Shown in pieces: positions 8,398 through 18,496 of a stretch of 64,000 nt of DNA (positions are counted from its first letter, which is position 1; each line of letters starts with the position of its first letter). Source of the stretch: an uncultured delta proteobacterium. Lineage in GTDB: Bacteria; Desulfobacterota; Desulfobacteria; Desulfobacterales; QNYZ01. The notes beneath the pieces are model-generated. The model was given only the letters and a program-made list of their open reading frames with translations. It was not told the DNA's origin and did no database searches. The position numbers and the translations under genes were made by a program. Location of the stretch: contig CAWJQU010000004.1 in the NCBI GenBank assembly GCA_963845145.1, positions 192,001 to 256,000 of the forward strand, written 5' to 3'.

Positions 8398-10305
8398 ATG
8401 CTGTCGATTCCCTTAAGAGTGAGTATTACACTTTTTATAATATGTTTTGTTACGGTGGGCTGCACTCTAATAAAATTAAAAAAAGACGTAGACAGAGGTC
8501 AGGAATCGACCGTTATAATCGGGCGTATTCATGCAAATTTATCTGGAGATGGGCCGATTATTGTCGCTGCTTGCTCAACGAGTGAAGGAAATGAGGTCGC
8601 TCATTATACAGTTTTACATGATTCCGGTGAGTATGAACTCATGGTGGGTCAAGGAAATTATTACGTCTTTGCGTATTGGGATAAAAACAGCAACCTGGTT
8701 TATGAAGCAGGCGAACCGGCCGGGCAACATGGTGAACCAAAATTGGTCGTCGCGCCAGCGGTTGGTGTTGTTTTTGATATTGATGTCGTTATTCCCGAAG
8801 AGGGTAGAAGTATCGTGATACCCCACGGGTCAAAAATCTCATCGGTTATACCGCAAAAACTTCACAGTCGGCAGGCGGGCGACATAACAGATTTAGATGA
8901 TGAACGCTTTTCTGAGGAATATGGATCAAAAGGCTTTTGGGAACCAGGTTCATTTTTCAAGCAGTTTGGTGGAAATATCTATTTTCTCGAGGAATATGAT
9001 CCTGAAAAAACGCCGATCCTTTTTATACACGGTGCTGGCGGCACTCCCAAAGGCTGGTGGTATTTTGTTGAAAATATCGACAGAACGCGTTTTCAGCCAT
9101 GGTTTTTCTATTATCCGACCGGAGCCCGAATTGATAGTATGTCATACCTGTTGCTATGGAAATTATCAAATCTTCAAACCAAATATCAATTCAGCAAAAT
9201 TTATTTGACGGCGCACAGCATGGGCGGGTTGGTCGCCAGGTCTTTTATTGTTAATTATGGTGGGAAATTCCCCATTGTGAAACTTTTTATTTCATTGGCC
9301 ACCCCTTGGGGTGGGGATAAAATGGCCGAATATGGTGTTCGGCAATCTCCGGCGGTAATTCCGAGTTGGATAGATATGCAGCCGGAAGGTGATTTTATTA
9401 AATCTTTATACAGAAAAAAAATGCCGGACCATACCAGTTTTTATATGTTTTACGGCCACAGGGGAAGTAGAAATCCTTTTACCTCGAATAATGACGGCAC
9501 AATTACCCTATCCAGTCTCCTGGACTATCGGCCCCAATCCGAGGCTAAAATGAATTTTGCATTTAATGAGGACCATGCAAGTATCATTTTCAGCAAGGAG
9601 GTACTGGCGCAGTATAATGCAATTCTCAATGAGTTTGATGAAGAACAAAGTGACTCACACCATCGATCCGGGGGATACATTAAAGTTAACTTTGCATACA
9701 ACTATGATTTCGTTGGGGTGAGTCCCAGTCCTACGCTAATACTTCGTTCCATCGGCAAAAAGGATGCGGATACCGTTATCTTCTTGCGTGCTGATGATAA
9801 TGGTAGGATTCTTGGACCTTTTCCCTCCGGAAGATATTTAACAAATATGGTTACGACGGCCGGAAAGCCAATGAAAAAGAATATCCCTGTCTTTATTGAG
9901 AGTAATGATACAAGGGAACTGGATTTCGTTTTTAATCCTGACGGGGTGATTCGCGGATGTGTAACTGCGTCACTGGAAGCGGATGACAAAATTGTTGGAA
10001 TGCCGGATTATAAATATCGCTCCGTCGATAAAAAAGTAAAGATCCAGTCGATTACGTTGAAAGGCAGCAAGGTTTTTCGGAACCTCGTACAAACTAGGGG
10101 TGAAGATGTCGATAACTATGATTACCTTATTTCGCGTAATGATTTCTGCTACAATACATGCTTTGGTTTTTTTGGGTTGCCTGCTGGGGATTACAAACTT
10201 ACCATTAAATCCGAAGGCTATCGATCCATCGTAAAAAATTATTCCGTCATGCCTGGAATACCAGCATATTTCCGGATTACTGAATTGGCACCGGATGGGC
10301 CTTAA
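8398..10305 (+). CDS. Alpha/beta hydrolase lipoprotein with a C-terminal beta-rich extension
   Basis: Lipobox-like VTVGC after a hydrophobic stretch, FIHGAGG, AHSMGG nucleophile elbow, NDG and EDH; start moved to ATG 8398. Confidence 0.75.
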   Translation: MLSIPLRVSITLFIICFVTVGCTLIKLKKDVDRGQESTVIIGRIHANLSGDGPIIVAACSTSEGNEVAHYTVLHDSGEYELMVGQGNYYVFAYWDKNSNLVYEAGEPAGQHGEPKLVVAPAVGVVFDIDVVIPEEGRSIVIPHGSKISSVIPQKLHSRQAGDITDLDDERFSEEYGSKGFWEPGSFFKQFGGNIYFLEEYDPEKTPILFIHGAGGTPKGWWYFVENIDRTRFQPWFFYYPTGARIDSMSYLLLWKLSNLQTKYQFSKIYLTAHSMGGLVARSFIVNYGGKFPIVKLFISLATPWGGDKMAEYGVRQSPAVIPSWIDMQPEGDFIKSLYRKKMPDHTSFYMFYGHRGSRNPFTSNNDGTITLSSLLDYRPQSEAKMNFAFNEDHASIIFSKEVLAQYNAILNEFDEEQSDSHHRSGGYIKVNFAYNYDFVGVSPSPTLILRSIGKKDADTVIFLRADDNGRILGPFPSGRYLTNMVTTAGKPMKKNIPVFIESNDTRELDFVFNPDGVIRGCVTASLEADDKIVGMPDYKYRSVDKKVKIQSITLKGSKVFRNLVQTRGEDVDNYDYLISRNDFCYNTCFGFFGLPAGDYKLTIKSEGYRSIVKNYSVMPGIPAYFRITELAPDGP

Positions 10306-10356
10306 GGTTATCGTCAATTGAAGGCTGCAAGTATTTTTAATAAACAAAGTGGTAAA

Positions 10357-10484
10357 GCTTAACGTCCGTTTAAACAGACAAAAATCAGTGCATTTGGCCT
10401 GTATATCCAGGCAGTCGTTTTTGCAGAGTGTATTCATTCTGCCAAGGCTTTTACGGGTTTTTTCAGCAGAACTTCATGTTTGGC
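10357..10484 (+). other. attC-like site 6
   Basis: GCTTAAC, A-rich/T-rich arms, GCAGAACT, GTTTGGC, then the SD and ATG of the next gene. Confidence 0.55.
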
Positions 10485-10498
10485 CGGAGATAGATATC

Positions 10499-11110
10499 AT
10501 GCATCAGCATGTGACAATGCTTCGATCTGCGAACCCCAGCATAGACGAGGGACGGTTGTTTGCACGCTATCTCGACATAGCTGCTGAAGGTTTTTTCCGT
10601 TTTTGGCTCGGGCGCCACGTTGTGGACATCGTCGCCGCGGCATTCATTCAGGCCAATCACGACCTCTCTTATGAGAACGTGACCTTCGCCGTCCGTGATA
10701 AGGTCATTGTGGGAATGGTCTCGGGCTATACTTCCGAGCAGCATCGCTGTTCCTCGGGTCGGCCTCTGAAACAGGCGGCGGGTAGATCTAAATTGCGGAT
10801 GATGGTTATATCAATCCTGTTTGCACCAATACTTCGAATTATTGACACTATCAATGATGGCGATTTTTACCTCCAGGCCATTGCTGTCGACAAGGAACTT
10901 CGTGGCGATAGCTTCGGTTCGGCCATGCTGGACTATATTGAGGACCGGGCGATTGCCAGTGGATCAACCCGACTCGCCCTCGACGTCTCTGCCAAGAATG
11001 AGGGGGCTCGCAGGCTCTACGAGCGCCGAGGAATGACCGTCGCGTCGCAGTGGCCGAGGCGCCTGGCCATACCAGGATTGAGGTTCCTTCGAATGACGAA
11101 AACAATCTGA
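10499..11110 (+). CDS. GNAT family N-acetyltransferase
   Basis: FYLQAIAV..LRG..FGS, LDVSAKNEGARRLYER; ATG 10499 after GGAG. Confidence 0.85.
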   Translation: MHQHVTMLRSANPSIDEGRLFARYLDIAAEGFFRFWLGRHVVDIVAAAFIQANHDLSYENVTFAVRDKVIVGMVSGYTSEQHRCSSGRPLKQAAGRSKLRMMVISILFAPILRIIDTINDGDFYLQAIAVDKELRGDSFGSAMLDYIEDRAIASGSTRLALDVSAKNEGARRLYERRGMTVASQWPRRLAIPGLRFLRMTKTI

Positions 11111-11196
11111 GCCTTCGCAGGGACCCTTTCCGATGGCGTATCGGGGCATGGATATAGGATTACCGAATAGAACAACAGAACCTGGCAGGTGCACTT

Positions 11197-12192
11197 ATGA
11201 AAGCGATTTTACACACAAGATACGGACCACCGGATGAGCTTCAGCTCAAAGAGATAGACAAACCAGTTCCTAAAGACAATGAAGTCCTGATAAAAATACA
11301 CGCGACAAGCGTAACATCAACAGACTGTAATGTTCGCAACTTCACATTTGTCCCTGGTGTGTTTCAGCTCCCCGCACGACTGTTCATGTTTGGTGTTTTT
11401 AAGCCCAGAATCAATATCCTGGGGATTGACTTGGCCGGCGAAATTGAGGCGGTGGGCAAGGATGTGAAACGTTTTAAAGCAGGCGACCCGGTTTTTGGAA
11501 CACCTGGTATGAGATTTGGCGCCCATGCAGAGTACACATGCGTGCCGGAAGACGGGGTGCTGACCATAAAACCAGCCAACATGACTTGGGAAGAAGCGGC
11601 CCCCATTTTTTTGGGGGCGAGTACTGCGTTGTTTTACCTTCGAGATAAGGGGAATATTCAAGCTGAACATAAAATCCTGATCTATGGTGCTTCCGGTGCG
11701 ATCGGCACCTATGCTGTACAGCTTGCCAAATACTTTGGCGCCGAAGTTACAGGGGTATGTAGCACCGCGAATTTGGAGATGGTGAAATCCCTTGGGGCCG
11801 ATAATGTCATTGATTACACCCAAGAGGATTATACCAAAAGCGGTGAGACCTATGACCTTATTCTGGATACCGTCGGCAAGACGTCGTTTTCAAACTGTAA
11901 AAATTCACTGACGAAAAAAGGTATTTATCTTCCGGTTGTAATGAAGCTGGTAGAGCTTGTTCAAATAATGTGGACCTCAATGGCAGACGGTAAGAAAGTT
12001 AAGGGCGGCGTAGCGGGCGAAAGTTTAGAAGATCTGGATTTCTTCAAAACCCTTTTTGAGGAAGGGAAGCTAAAACCGGTCATAGATAGGCGCTATCCGC
12101 TGGAACAGGCTGCCGAGGCATTCCGATATGTTGAACAGGGTCACAAAAAGGGTAATGTCGTCATAACCGTCGGGCATAATAATAAAACCTGA
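11197..12192 (+). CDS. NAD(P)-dependent alcohol dehydrogenase/quinone oxidoreductase (MDR family)
   Basis: [42 protein letters not shown]. Confidence 0.9.
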   Translation: MKAILHTRYGPPDELQLKEIDKPVPKDNEVLIKIHATSVTSTDCNVRNFTFVPGVFQLPARLFMFGVFKPRINILGIDLAGEIEAVGKDVKRFKAGDPVFGTPGMRFGAHAEYTCVPEDGVLTIKPANMTWEEAAPIFLGASTALFYLRDKGNIQAEHKILIYGASGAIGTYAVQLAKYFGAEVTGVCSTANLEMVKSLGADNVIDYTQEDYTKSGETYDLILDTVGKTSFSNCKNSLTKKGIYLPVVMKLVELVQIMWTSMADGKKVKGGVAGESLEDLDFFKTLFEEGKLKPVIDRRYPLEQAAEAFRYVEQGHKKGNVVITVGHNNKT

Positions 12193-12196
12193 TTTG

Positions 12197-12295
12197 GAAT
12201 CATCAAAAGGAATATTTCTAAAAACGATTATTCCGAGTCGAAAAGCTACCCGCGATTATTTAGGAGAAAAAAATGAGCAAGATAAAATTGGATAA
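12197..12295 (+). pseudogene. C-terminal remnant of a BrnT-like toxin
   Basis: Frame reads ESSKGIFLKTIIPSRKATRDYLGEKNEQDKIG*, overlapping the antitoxin start; no start codon. Confidence 0.7.
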
Positions 12296-12581
12296 AGAAG
12301 AAAAAGAAATTCTTGACTCTTTTGAACGTGGAGAATGGAAACAAGTTAAAAATCTTAAGTCAGAGATAAAAAATCATCAAAGATACGCCAGAAAAACGTT
12401 AAAAAAGGACAAACGCGTTAATATTAGAATTTCATCTAAAGACCTTGAAGAGATTCAATTGCTCGCAATTGAAAATGGTATCCTTTATCAAACACTCATG
12501 ACAAGCATCCTTCACCGCTATGTTCACGGGAGCCTCATTGATAAACCAAGGCCGGCCAAGGCACTTAACCCAAATAGCTGA
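12273..12581 (+). CDS. CopG/BrnA-like antitoxin
   Basis: LDKEEKEILDSFERGEW, KDKRVNIRISSKDL, YQTLMTSILHRYV. Confidence 0.82.
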   Translation: MSKIKLDKEEKEILDSFERGEWKQVKNLKSEIKNHQRYARKTLKKDKRVNIRISSKDLEEIQLLAIENGILYQTLMTSILHRYVHGSLIDKPRPAKALNPNS

Positions 12582-12642
12582 ACCCGTAGTTTCTCGCGTC
12601 GGAAGCGGACCAGAGAACTATCACAATCGGGAGTATGTTGAG

Positions 12643-13887
12643 ATGAAAGAAAAAAGATTAAAGAGAAGGAAATTTCTTGGGCTTTCAGGACTGGTGGCAG
12701 GAGGGCTTGCTCTTTTTGGCGGTTTCAAACTGGTTAAGGATGATATTTTTACTCAAAAGGATTCTCCTTCTAAGGCTTTATCTCAATGGGTCTCCGACGG
12801 TGGTATTAAAATCGACGAAAAGAAGAGCGCTGTATTTCTATCTGCCGCACAAAATAAAGATGATATGGAAGAGGCGATAATAAAGGCTGTAGAAGCAGCA
12901 ACCCATTTTCACTGGCTGAAAATGGGACAAACGGTTTTTATTAAACCCGTCGTTAATTCCGGTTACGCCTATCCATCCACAACCAATCCCGTAGCCATCT
13001 CGGCCATGATAAAACTTCTTAAACGAAAAGGAGCGGGTAGAGTTATTGTGGGAGATATGTCGGGAATCGAGCACTTGCGATTTTACAAGGACCACACAAC
13101 CGGCAGTACAAGAGATTTGATGAAAAAGTCAGGGATAATGCCCGCCATTGAGAAAGCTGGTGGTGAGCCCCACTTTTTTGAAGAAGGCGGATGGGACGCC
13201 TTTTACAAAGATCATACGGATATAAAAGGCTTCTGGGACAATGGCCTGATGATGCCCGCCATATTAAACGATGTGGATCATATTGTACTAATGCCGCGTT
13301 GTTCCAGGCATATATTAGCCGGCGCTTCACTGGGTCTCAAAGCGGTGGTCGGCTACTGGAGAACGGATACAAGACTACAATATCATTATCATGCCAAATC
13401 ATTTCATGAAAGAACCGCCGAGGGGAACAGGGCAAAAACGCTTTTAGACAAACAGCGACTGGTCGTTTCCACAGGAGACAAACTCCTTGCCAATTTTGGG
13501 CCTGATAAGGGATACATCCATACACCGTCAGCCGAATTGGTTATTGCGTCAGAATCGATTGTCGCGCATGATATGGTATCGCTGGCCTGGCTATTACATA
13601 ACAGAAAACGGCTACCCACCGATGAACAAGACACATTTATAGACACGAGCGCGACAGTTGCCAAGATAGCCAATACGATGGTGGTAAAATGGTTGGGCAC
13701 TTTAGGCAATAGCCTGACGTCCGAAACACTATTGAAAAACGACTTAAAAAGCATCTGGGATGACAAAGTTCTGAACCATGCATACAAGGTTTTTGGTGGC
13801 ATACCCGATATTCACCTTGAGAATGTTCAGCACACGGTACCCGATAAGATAATGGAAAAACTTCAACAGATGATTCAGTATTCATAG
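12643..13887 (+). CDS. DUF362 domain protein with a Tat-like signal
   Basis: KRRKFL, VFIKP, STTNP, GAGRVIVGD, SLGLKAVVG; start moved to ATG 12643. Confidence 0.75.
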   Translation: MKEKRLKRRKFLGLSGLVAGGLALFGGFKLVKDDIFTQKDSPSKALSQWVSDGGIKIDEKKSAVFLSAAQNKDDMEEAIIKAVEAATHFHWLKMGQTVFIKPVVNSGYAYPSTTNPVAISAMIKLLKRKGAGRVIVGDMSGIEHLRFYKDHTTGSTRDLMKKSGIMPAIEKAGGEPHFFEEGGWDAFYKDHTDIKGFWDNGLMMPAILNDVDHIVLMPRCSRHILAGASLGLKAVVGYWRTDTRLQYHYHAKSFHERTAEGNRAKTLLDKQRLVVSTGDKLLANFGPDKGYIHTPSAELVIASESIVAHDMVSLAWLLHNRKRLPTDEQDTFIDTSATVAKIANTMVVKWLGTLGNSLTSETLLKNDLKSIWDDKVLNHAYKVFGGIPDIHLENVQHTVPDKIMEKLQQMIQYS

Positions 13888-14061
13888 GTGGCAATGCCAC
13901 TTGGATGTTTATTTTCTGAGTTATGAACAATTCTGACTGGTGCAATTTGATGAAAAACACACAATTTTACCCTTAATTTGGCCTTATATCGAATTTTTAA
14001 GAGACGAAGAGCGTATTTTTCCATCATAAAAAGAAGGTACAACAAGAAGGAGTGGAAAAAA

Positions 14062-14319
14062 ATGAAACGATATGGGTATATGATTTTGGCTTTTCTGGTA
14101 CTTGCAGGCCTATTTGGGTGTAGCTCGGAGCCCAATGAGCCCATGGGAGAAATAAAGGATCAAGGGCGTGAAGAGACCAAAAAGATAGAGGCCATTGGTG
14201 CCGTAGGCTATGATGGTAAGGCCGTCAGGCAGAAGGTTGACAAAATGTTGGATGCTAACGAGAAGCGTATTCGAGAGCTCGAAAAGACGGTGCAGAAGGC
14301 ATCCGGCGAGAGCGATTAG
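14062..14319 (+). CDS. Small hypothetical lipoprotein
   Basis: MKRYGYMILAFLVLAGLFGC lipobox; AAGGAG SD. Confidence 0.7.
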   Translation: MKRYGYMILAFLVLAGLFGCSSEPNEPMGEIKDQGREETKKIEAIGAVGYDGKAVRQKVDKMLDANEKRIRELEKTVQKASGESD

Positions 14320-14432
14320 GATTTATCTGTCGGGCTTTTATCAGGATGAGGACTATCTCCTGGGTTGCAGCTATGTGTAAGTACGTTTTGCCGATTACAA
14401 CATTCGCTTATCTTGTCTCCGGTGGGATTCCC

Positions 14433-14459
14433 TTATAACACCCGATTAAACGGTTAGGC
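14433..14459 (+). other. Collapsed attC (R''-L'' joined directly to R')
   Basis: TTATAAC acccg ATTAAACG GTTAGGC, immediately before the VOC gene SD. Confidence 0.55.
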
Positions 14460-14474
14460 CACAAAGGGGGGTCG

Positions 14475-14870
14475 ATGGAAATAAAGGAGCTGTCAACTTG
14501 TTTTTGTACAAATGACGTCGATGCGTGTCGCAAGTTCTATATACAACACTTTTCAGCAGAGGCTACTTTTGATTGTGGCTGGTATGTCAACTTATCCATT
14601 GGTGGTGATGGGCCGACGATTCAGTTTATGCAACCTCAAGAAAATATGCCGACATTTGGCGGTGCAGGTGTCATGCTTAATTTGAAAGTTGATGATGTTG
14701 ACAAAGAGCATTCTATATTGGCAGAAGCAGGTTTGCAAATCGCCATGCCCATAGAGGATCATCCCTGGGGGGATAGGGGCTTTTCCGTAATCGATCCCAT
14801 CGGCAACGCCGTCTATATCTATTCTGATCGCGAGCCCTCAGAAGAATTCAAACAATACTATAAGGACTAA
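14475..14870 (+). CDS. VOC/glyoxalase family protein (cassette)
   Basis: FDCGWYVNL, DHPWGDRGFSVIDPIG; flanked by GTTAGGCC and the near-complement GGACTAAC. Confidence 0.88.
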   Translation: MEIKELSTCFCTNDVDACRKFYIQHFSAEATFDCGWYVNLSIGGDGPTIQFMQPQENMPTFGGAGVMLNLKVDDVDKEHSILAEAGLQIAMPIEDHPWGDRGFSVIDPIGNAVYIYSDREPSEEFKQYYKD

Positions 14871-15153
14871 CAGGAAGCATCCCCGGCTTTGGTGGGTTTT
14901 ATGCTCAATCCTCATGTTCCCAACGGAGGGTTCGATTAATGCCGCCCTTGGTGGTAGCTGAAAATGATATCGAGAAACTAATAGCAGCCTTGATGGATGT
15001 TTTAAAAAAGAGATAAGAGGAATGGCCGTACATTCCACTGTAAGCCCTTGCAATGGCTTAGGATATGGTAAATATGAGAGCATCTTATAGGGTTTGGGTC
15101 TTGATTGAAGGGTCGCGTACCAGGCATCTCGTTTTTGGTATCAAGGAGGTGTA

Positions 15154-15447
15154 ATGTTTGCTGTAATCTTTAGAGCGAAATCCGGATCACAGGATGAAGT
15201 GTATGGAAAAACCGTATCAAAACTGAGAGAACTTGCTTTTGAAAAATACGGTTGTTTAGATTTTATTGCTGTCACTGAAGACGGGCAGGAAATAGTGATT
15301 TCCTATTGGGAGAGCGAAGAGTCGATTCGGCGATGGAAAAGCGACGTCGAACACGCTTTGGCTCAAGAACTTGGGCGTTCAAAATGGTATGAATCCTATA
15401 TCGTTCAAGTTGCAGAAATTAAACGTGAATATGCCCACAAACCATAA
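15154..15447 (+). CDS. Antibiotic biosynthesis monooxygenase family protein
   Basis: MFAVIFRA, ISYWESEESIRRWK, HALAQELGRSKWY. Confidence 0.85.
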   Translation: MFAVIFRAKSGSQDEVYGKTVSKLRELAFEKYGCLDFIAVTEDGQEIVISYWESEESIRRWKSDVEHALAQELGRSKWYESYIVQVAEIKREYAHKP

Positions 15448-15522
15448 ATGGCATGTTGCGGCCATTTTTTGGGTTCTGCAACTTTTAAATACTCGACGTA
15501 ACTTCAAAGCCATGGGATAACG

Positions 15523-16001
15523 ATGAACGAAAAAAGTGGTTGCCAATTGTGCGGAGAAGGCCCCGAGGCCAATGAAAGGTATATCGTGTACTGTCGAATA
15601 TCGGCCGTATTGTTTTCAGTGTTTGGCGTGCAATAAAATACTTTCCATTTTATTCCGCGTTGCACAGAGCGCTTTGGAAGTATGTTGGTGTTGAAGCAGC
15701 ATCGATCCTCGCATCCGTTTTTACTTTAGACGATCCAAAGCAATTGAGGGATCTGTTTGAAAAGGCCGGGCTTAAAAATATGGATATTTGCCTAAAAATC
15801 AAACAGATGCGCTATTCTTTTTTGGAAAAATTTCTTGTGGGTGGTTTTGCTGCTTCTCCGTTTACTGATGATATCCTGGCCTTGGAATCGGCCAAACGAG
15901 AAGAGATGTTTGAGATGATCAAAACGTCTATTTCGAACTATATTGACGATCATGGCCTTGCAGCGCCAATGGAATGTTATGTTATCTCCGCGATGAAATA
16001 A
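15523..16001 (+). pseudogene. Internally deleted SAM-dependent methyltransferase
   Basis: N-terminal MNEKSGCQLCGEGPEANERYIV and a C-terminal half ending DDHGLAAPMECYVISA; SAM-binding core missing. Confidence 0.55.
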
Positions 16002-16117
16002 AACTTAGCGGGTGTCGTGCAGGCAGTTGTTCCTAAATGCCCCAGGACAAGCATTTAATTCACAAGTCTGGTACCGACTATCAAGATCCAAAGTGTCAGG
16101 CGGATATAGGAAATGTG

Positions 16118-16576
16118 ATGAAGAAAACCATTCTTTTCAGATTATTCAAGATAGGGGCGATTCCCAAAAAACTTTTGCCGGTGCTAGAATCGGAAGGCAT
16201 TGTGATTTTGGACGAAGGCGTCGGTGGGTGGTACATTACAAAGAACGTTAAGGGGCCGTGTAGGCGGCACATCCATCGCTCTGAGGGGTTTTCGGGTTGC
16301 CTTGTTGTCACCAAAAAAAGAATCATCTGCTATGCGTACTGGAAGCGGCAGATAAATATTTCCGTTGAAGATCCCAGGATCTCTGAGCTATACATAAGCC
16401 TTCCCGAGCCGAATGTGCTCTCTATCTCCTTTGAATCCGGCCTTTTCAGGGACGGATGGAAAGGGGTGATTGAGTTTCGGTTCAAGACAGAAAAAGCAGT
16501 GCAATTTTATGATATTTTGATATCTATCGGTACTCGAAAAGGATCAGCCGCAGATGCGATTGAGCCACACGTCTGA
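16118..16576 (+). CDS. Hypothetical protein (cassette-like; 3' end reads into a degenerate attC)
   Basis: Start moved to ATG 16118; the last codons lie in attC-like sequence. Confidence 0.6.
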   Translation: MKKTILFRLFKIGAIPKKLLPVLESEGIVILDEGVGGWYITKNVKGPCRRHIHRSEGFSGCLVVTKKRIICYAYWKRQINISVEDPRISELYISLPEPNVLSISFESGLFRDGWKGVIEFRFKTEKAVQFYDILISIGTRKGSAADAIEPHV

Positions 16577-16587
16577 TTTAGTTGGCA
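16531..16587 (+). other. Degenerate short attC-like site
   Basis: TCAG..CTGA arms ending GTTGGCA; heavily mutated. Confidence 0.35.
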
Positions 16588-16694
16588 GCCCCACAGAATA
16601 GAAAAAATATTTCCTATACCCCATGCATAGCATCAACATTTTTACTTAATTGTTTTAAAAAATATGAACCCGGCGCCTTTGGAATTATAAGGAA

Positions 16695-17648
16695 TTGATC
16701 GTGAATGTTTTAATAACCGGAGCGGCAGGGAACCTGGGCGGGTTACTCTCAAGGCATATATTAAAATATAATGAGGGCATTAACCTCATTCTTATGCAGC
16801 ACCTGAAAAAGGTGTCTGCAGATGTGGCCGATAACGATTGTGCCGAGGTAAGGTTCGGTGATCTCTCAAGGCCGGAAACATTGGTCAATTGTTTAGAATC
16901 CGTTGATGTTATTGTCCATTTCGCCGGGGTTTTATTTAAAGCAAACCCTGAAGAATTCTTATATGATACGAATATCGTCTATTTTAAAAACCTGGTTGAT
17001 GTCGCCATATCAAAAGGCATAAAAAAGATCATTTTGATCAGCTTTCCCCATGTTGAAGGACCAACTTCTCGACAATCCCCAGCTACGGGCCGGTTGGACC
17101 GGGCACCGATTTCCGTCCATGCCACGACGAGGCTGGCGGAAGAAAAATATCTATTCAAAAAAGTTACGAATCCAATATCGTTGCGAGTGGGGATGGTTTA
17201 CGGCCGGGGAATACTGATGATCGATGCCGCCAAATGGTTTGCGAAAAGGAAACTCCTCTGGGTCTGGAAGGAGCGAACCGAAGTCCATCTGATATCAAAA
17301 ACCGATTTTTGTATGGCAACAGTAGCGGCAATTAGTAGTAAAACCACATCGGGTATCTACCATGTCGGTGATGAAGGCAATGACACGCTGCAATCATTTC
17401 TTGATTATACCTGTGATTTATGGGGGTACTCACGTCCCCGCAAAGTACCGGTAAATGTTATTTACCTGGCGGCGGGTGTATTTGAACTAACTTCACGATT
17501 ATTCAAAATTCCCAGCCCCTTAACCAGGGATTTTATTGATATTGGAAGGGTATCTTATTTTGGCGACACCCGGCGCTTTAGACGAGAATTGTTGCCCCAA
17601 TTAAAATATCGAACGGTAAAGGACGGGATTCGTGATATGAGGAGGTAG
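16695..17648 (+). CDS. NAD-dependent epimerase/dehydratase family protein
   Basis: VLITGAAGNLG, VIVHFAG, LRVGMVYG. Confidence 0.85.
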   Translation: MIVNVLITGAAGNLGGLLSRHILKYNEGINLILMQHLKKVSADVADNDCAEVRFGDLSRPETLVNCLESVDVIVHFAGVLFKANPEEFLYDTNIVYFKNLVDVAISKGIKKIILISFPHVEGPTSRQSPATGRLDRAPISVHATTRLAEEKYLFKKVTNPISLRVGMVYGRGILMIDAAKWFAKRKLLWVWKERTEVHLISKTDFCMATVAAISSKTTSGIYHVGDEGNDTLQSFLDYTCDLWGYSRPRKVPVNVIYLAAGVFELTSRLFKIPSPLTRDFIDIGRVSYFGDTRRFRRELLPQLKYRTVKDGIRDMRR

Positions 17649-17728
17649 TGCCTTATGAAAGAAGCGATACTGAGTCGCCTTTCATTTAGTATTTAATCTA
17701 TCCGATCATAGTGAGGTATTAACAGCCG

Positions 17729-18229
17729 ATGAAAATAAAAATATTTACCACTGGCGGGACCATCGACAAGATCTATTTTGATAAAAAGAGTGAATATCAG
17801 GTCGGTGACCCCCAGGCGGCTTGTGTCCTTCAGCGGGCAAACGTCGTTTTGGATTACGAGGTCGAATCGATTCTGCGCAAGGACAGTCTGGATTTGACCG
17901 ATGAAGATCGGAAGACCATTCTTGCAAAAGTAAAATCTGAAGACCTTGATCGTATCGTCATTACCCATGGGACGGATACCATGATTCATACTGCGAAGGT
18001 TCTTTCGGCCATTAAAGATAAGGCTATGGTATTGACGGGCTCCATGTATCCTGCGGAGTTTCGGGACAGCGATGCGATCTTTAATATCGGTTGTGCCGTC
18101 ACCGCAGCGCAAATACTTCCCCCCGGGGTTTATATCGCCATGAACGGTCGGATCTTTGATCCGTTAAAATTGAAGAAAAATGTGGAAATGAACCGGTTTG
18201 AGATTGTGGATGAAAACGGGCATTCTTAA
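17729..18229 (+). CDS. Asparaginase domain protein (short, single domain)
   Basis: TTGGTIDK, ITHGTDTM, VLTGS, GVYIAMNG. Confidence 0.88.
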   Translation: MKIKIFTTGGTIDKIYFDKKSEYQVGDPQAACVLQRANVVLDYEVESILRKDSLDLTDEDRKTILAKVKSEDLDRIVITHGTDTMIHTAKVLSAIKDKAMVLTGSMYPAEFRDSDAIFNIGCAVTAAQILPPGVYIAMNGRIFDPLKLKKNVEMNRFEIVDENGHS

Positions 18230-18449
18230 TGGCGCATATCATATCATCAACCGCCGCCGCGTTGTTCGGGAGATGAGGATGGATAGGGGTATTTGCGCTG
18301 GCGAATAATCGTCTTATTTTAAGCTGCACGATCATTTATATCATTGGTATCGACTCACAAACATGGCAATCATTTTTAAACAGACATCGTTAAATAGATG
18401 AAACTGCGAGCCATAAAGAACGAACAAGTTGGGCTCTGAGCTTGGGAAA

Positions 18450-18482
18450 TAGGCGTTCGAAGATGATACTTTCGAACGCCTA
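18450..18482 (-). terminator. Intrinsic terminator downstream of serC
   Basis: TAGGCGTTCGAA / TTCGAACGCCTA 12-bp stem. Confidence 0.7.
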
Positions 18483-18496
18483 CCTGATTTAATAGG

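Noticed and set aside
10349..10498. N-terminal extension of the GNAT ORF
   Set aside because: It runs through an attC-like site; the SD and ATG at 10499 fit better. ORF-track extensions at 8257, 12520, 13978, 16037, 40460, 46986 and 48524 were trimmed for similar reasons.
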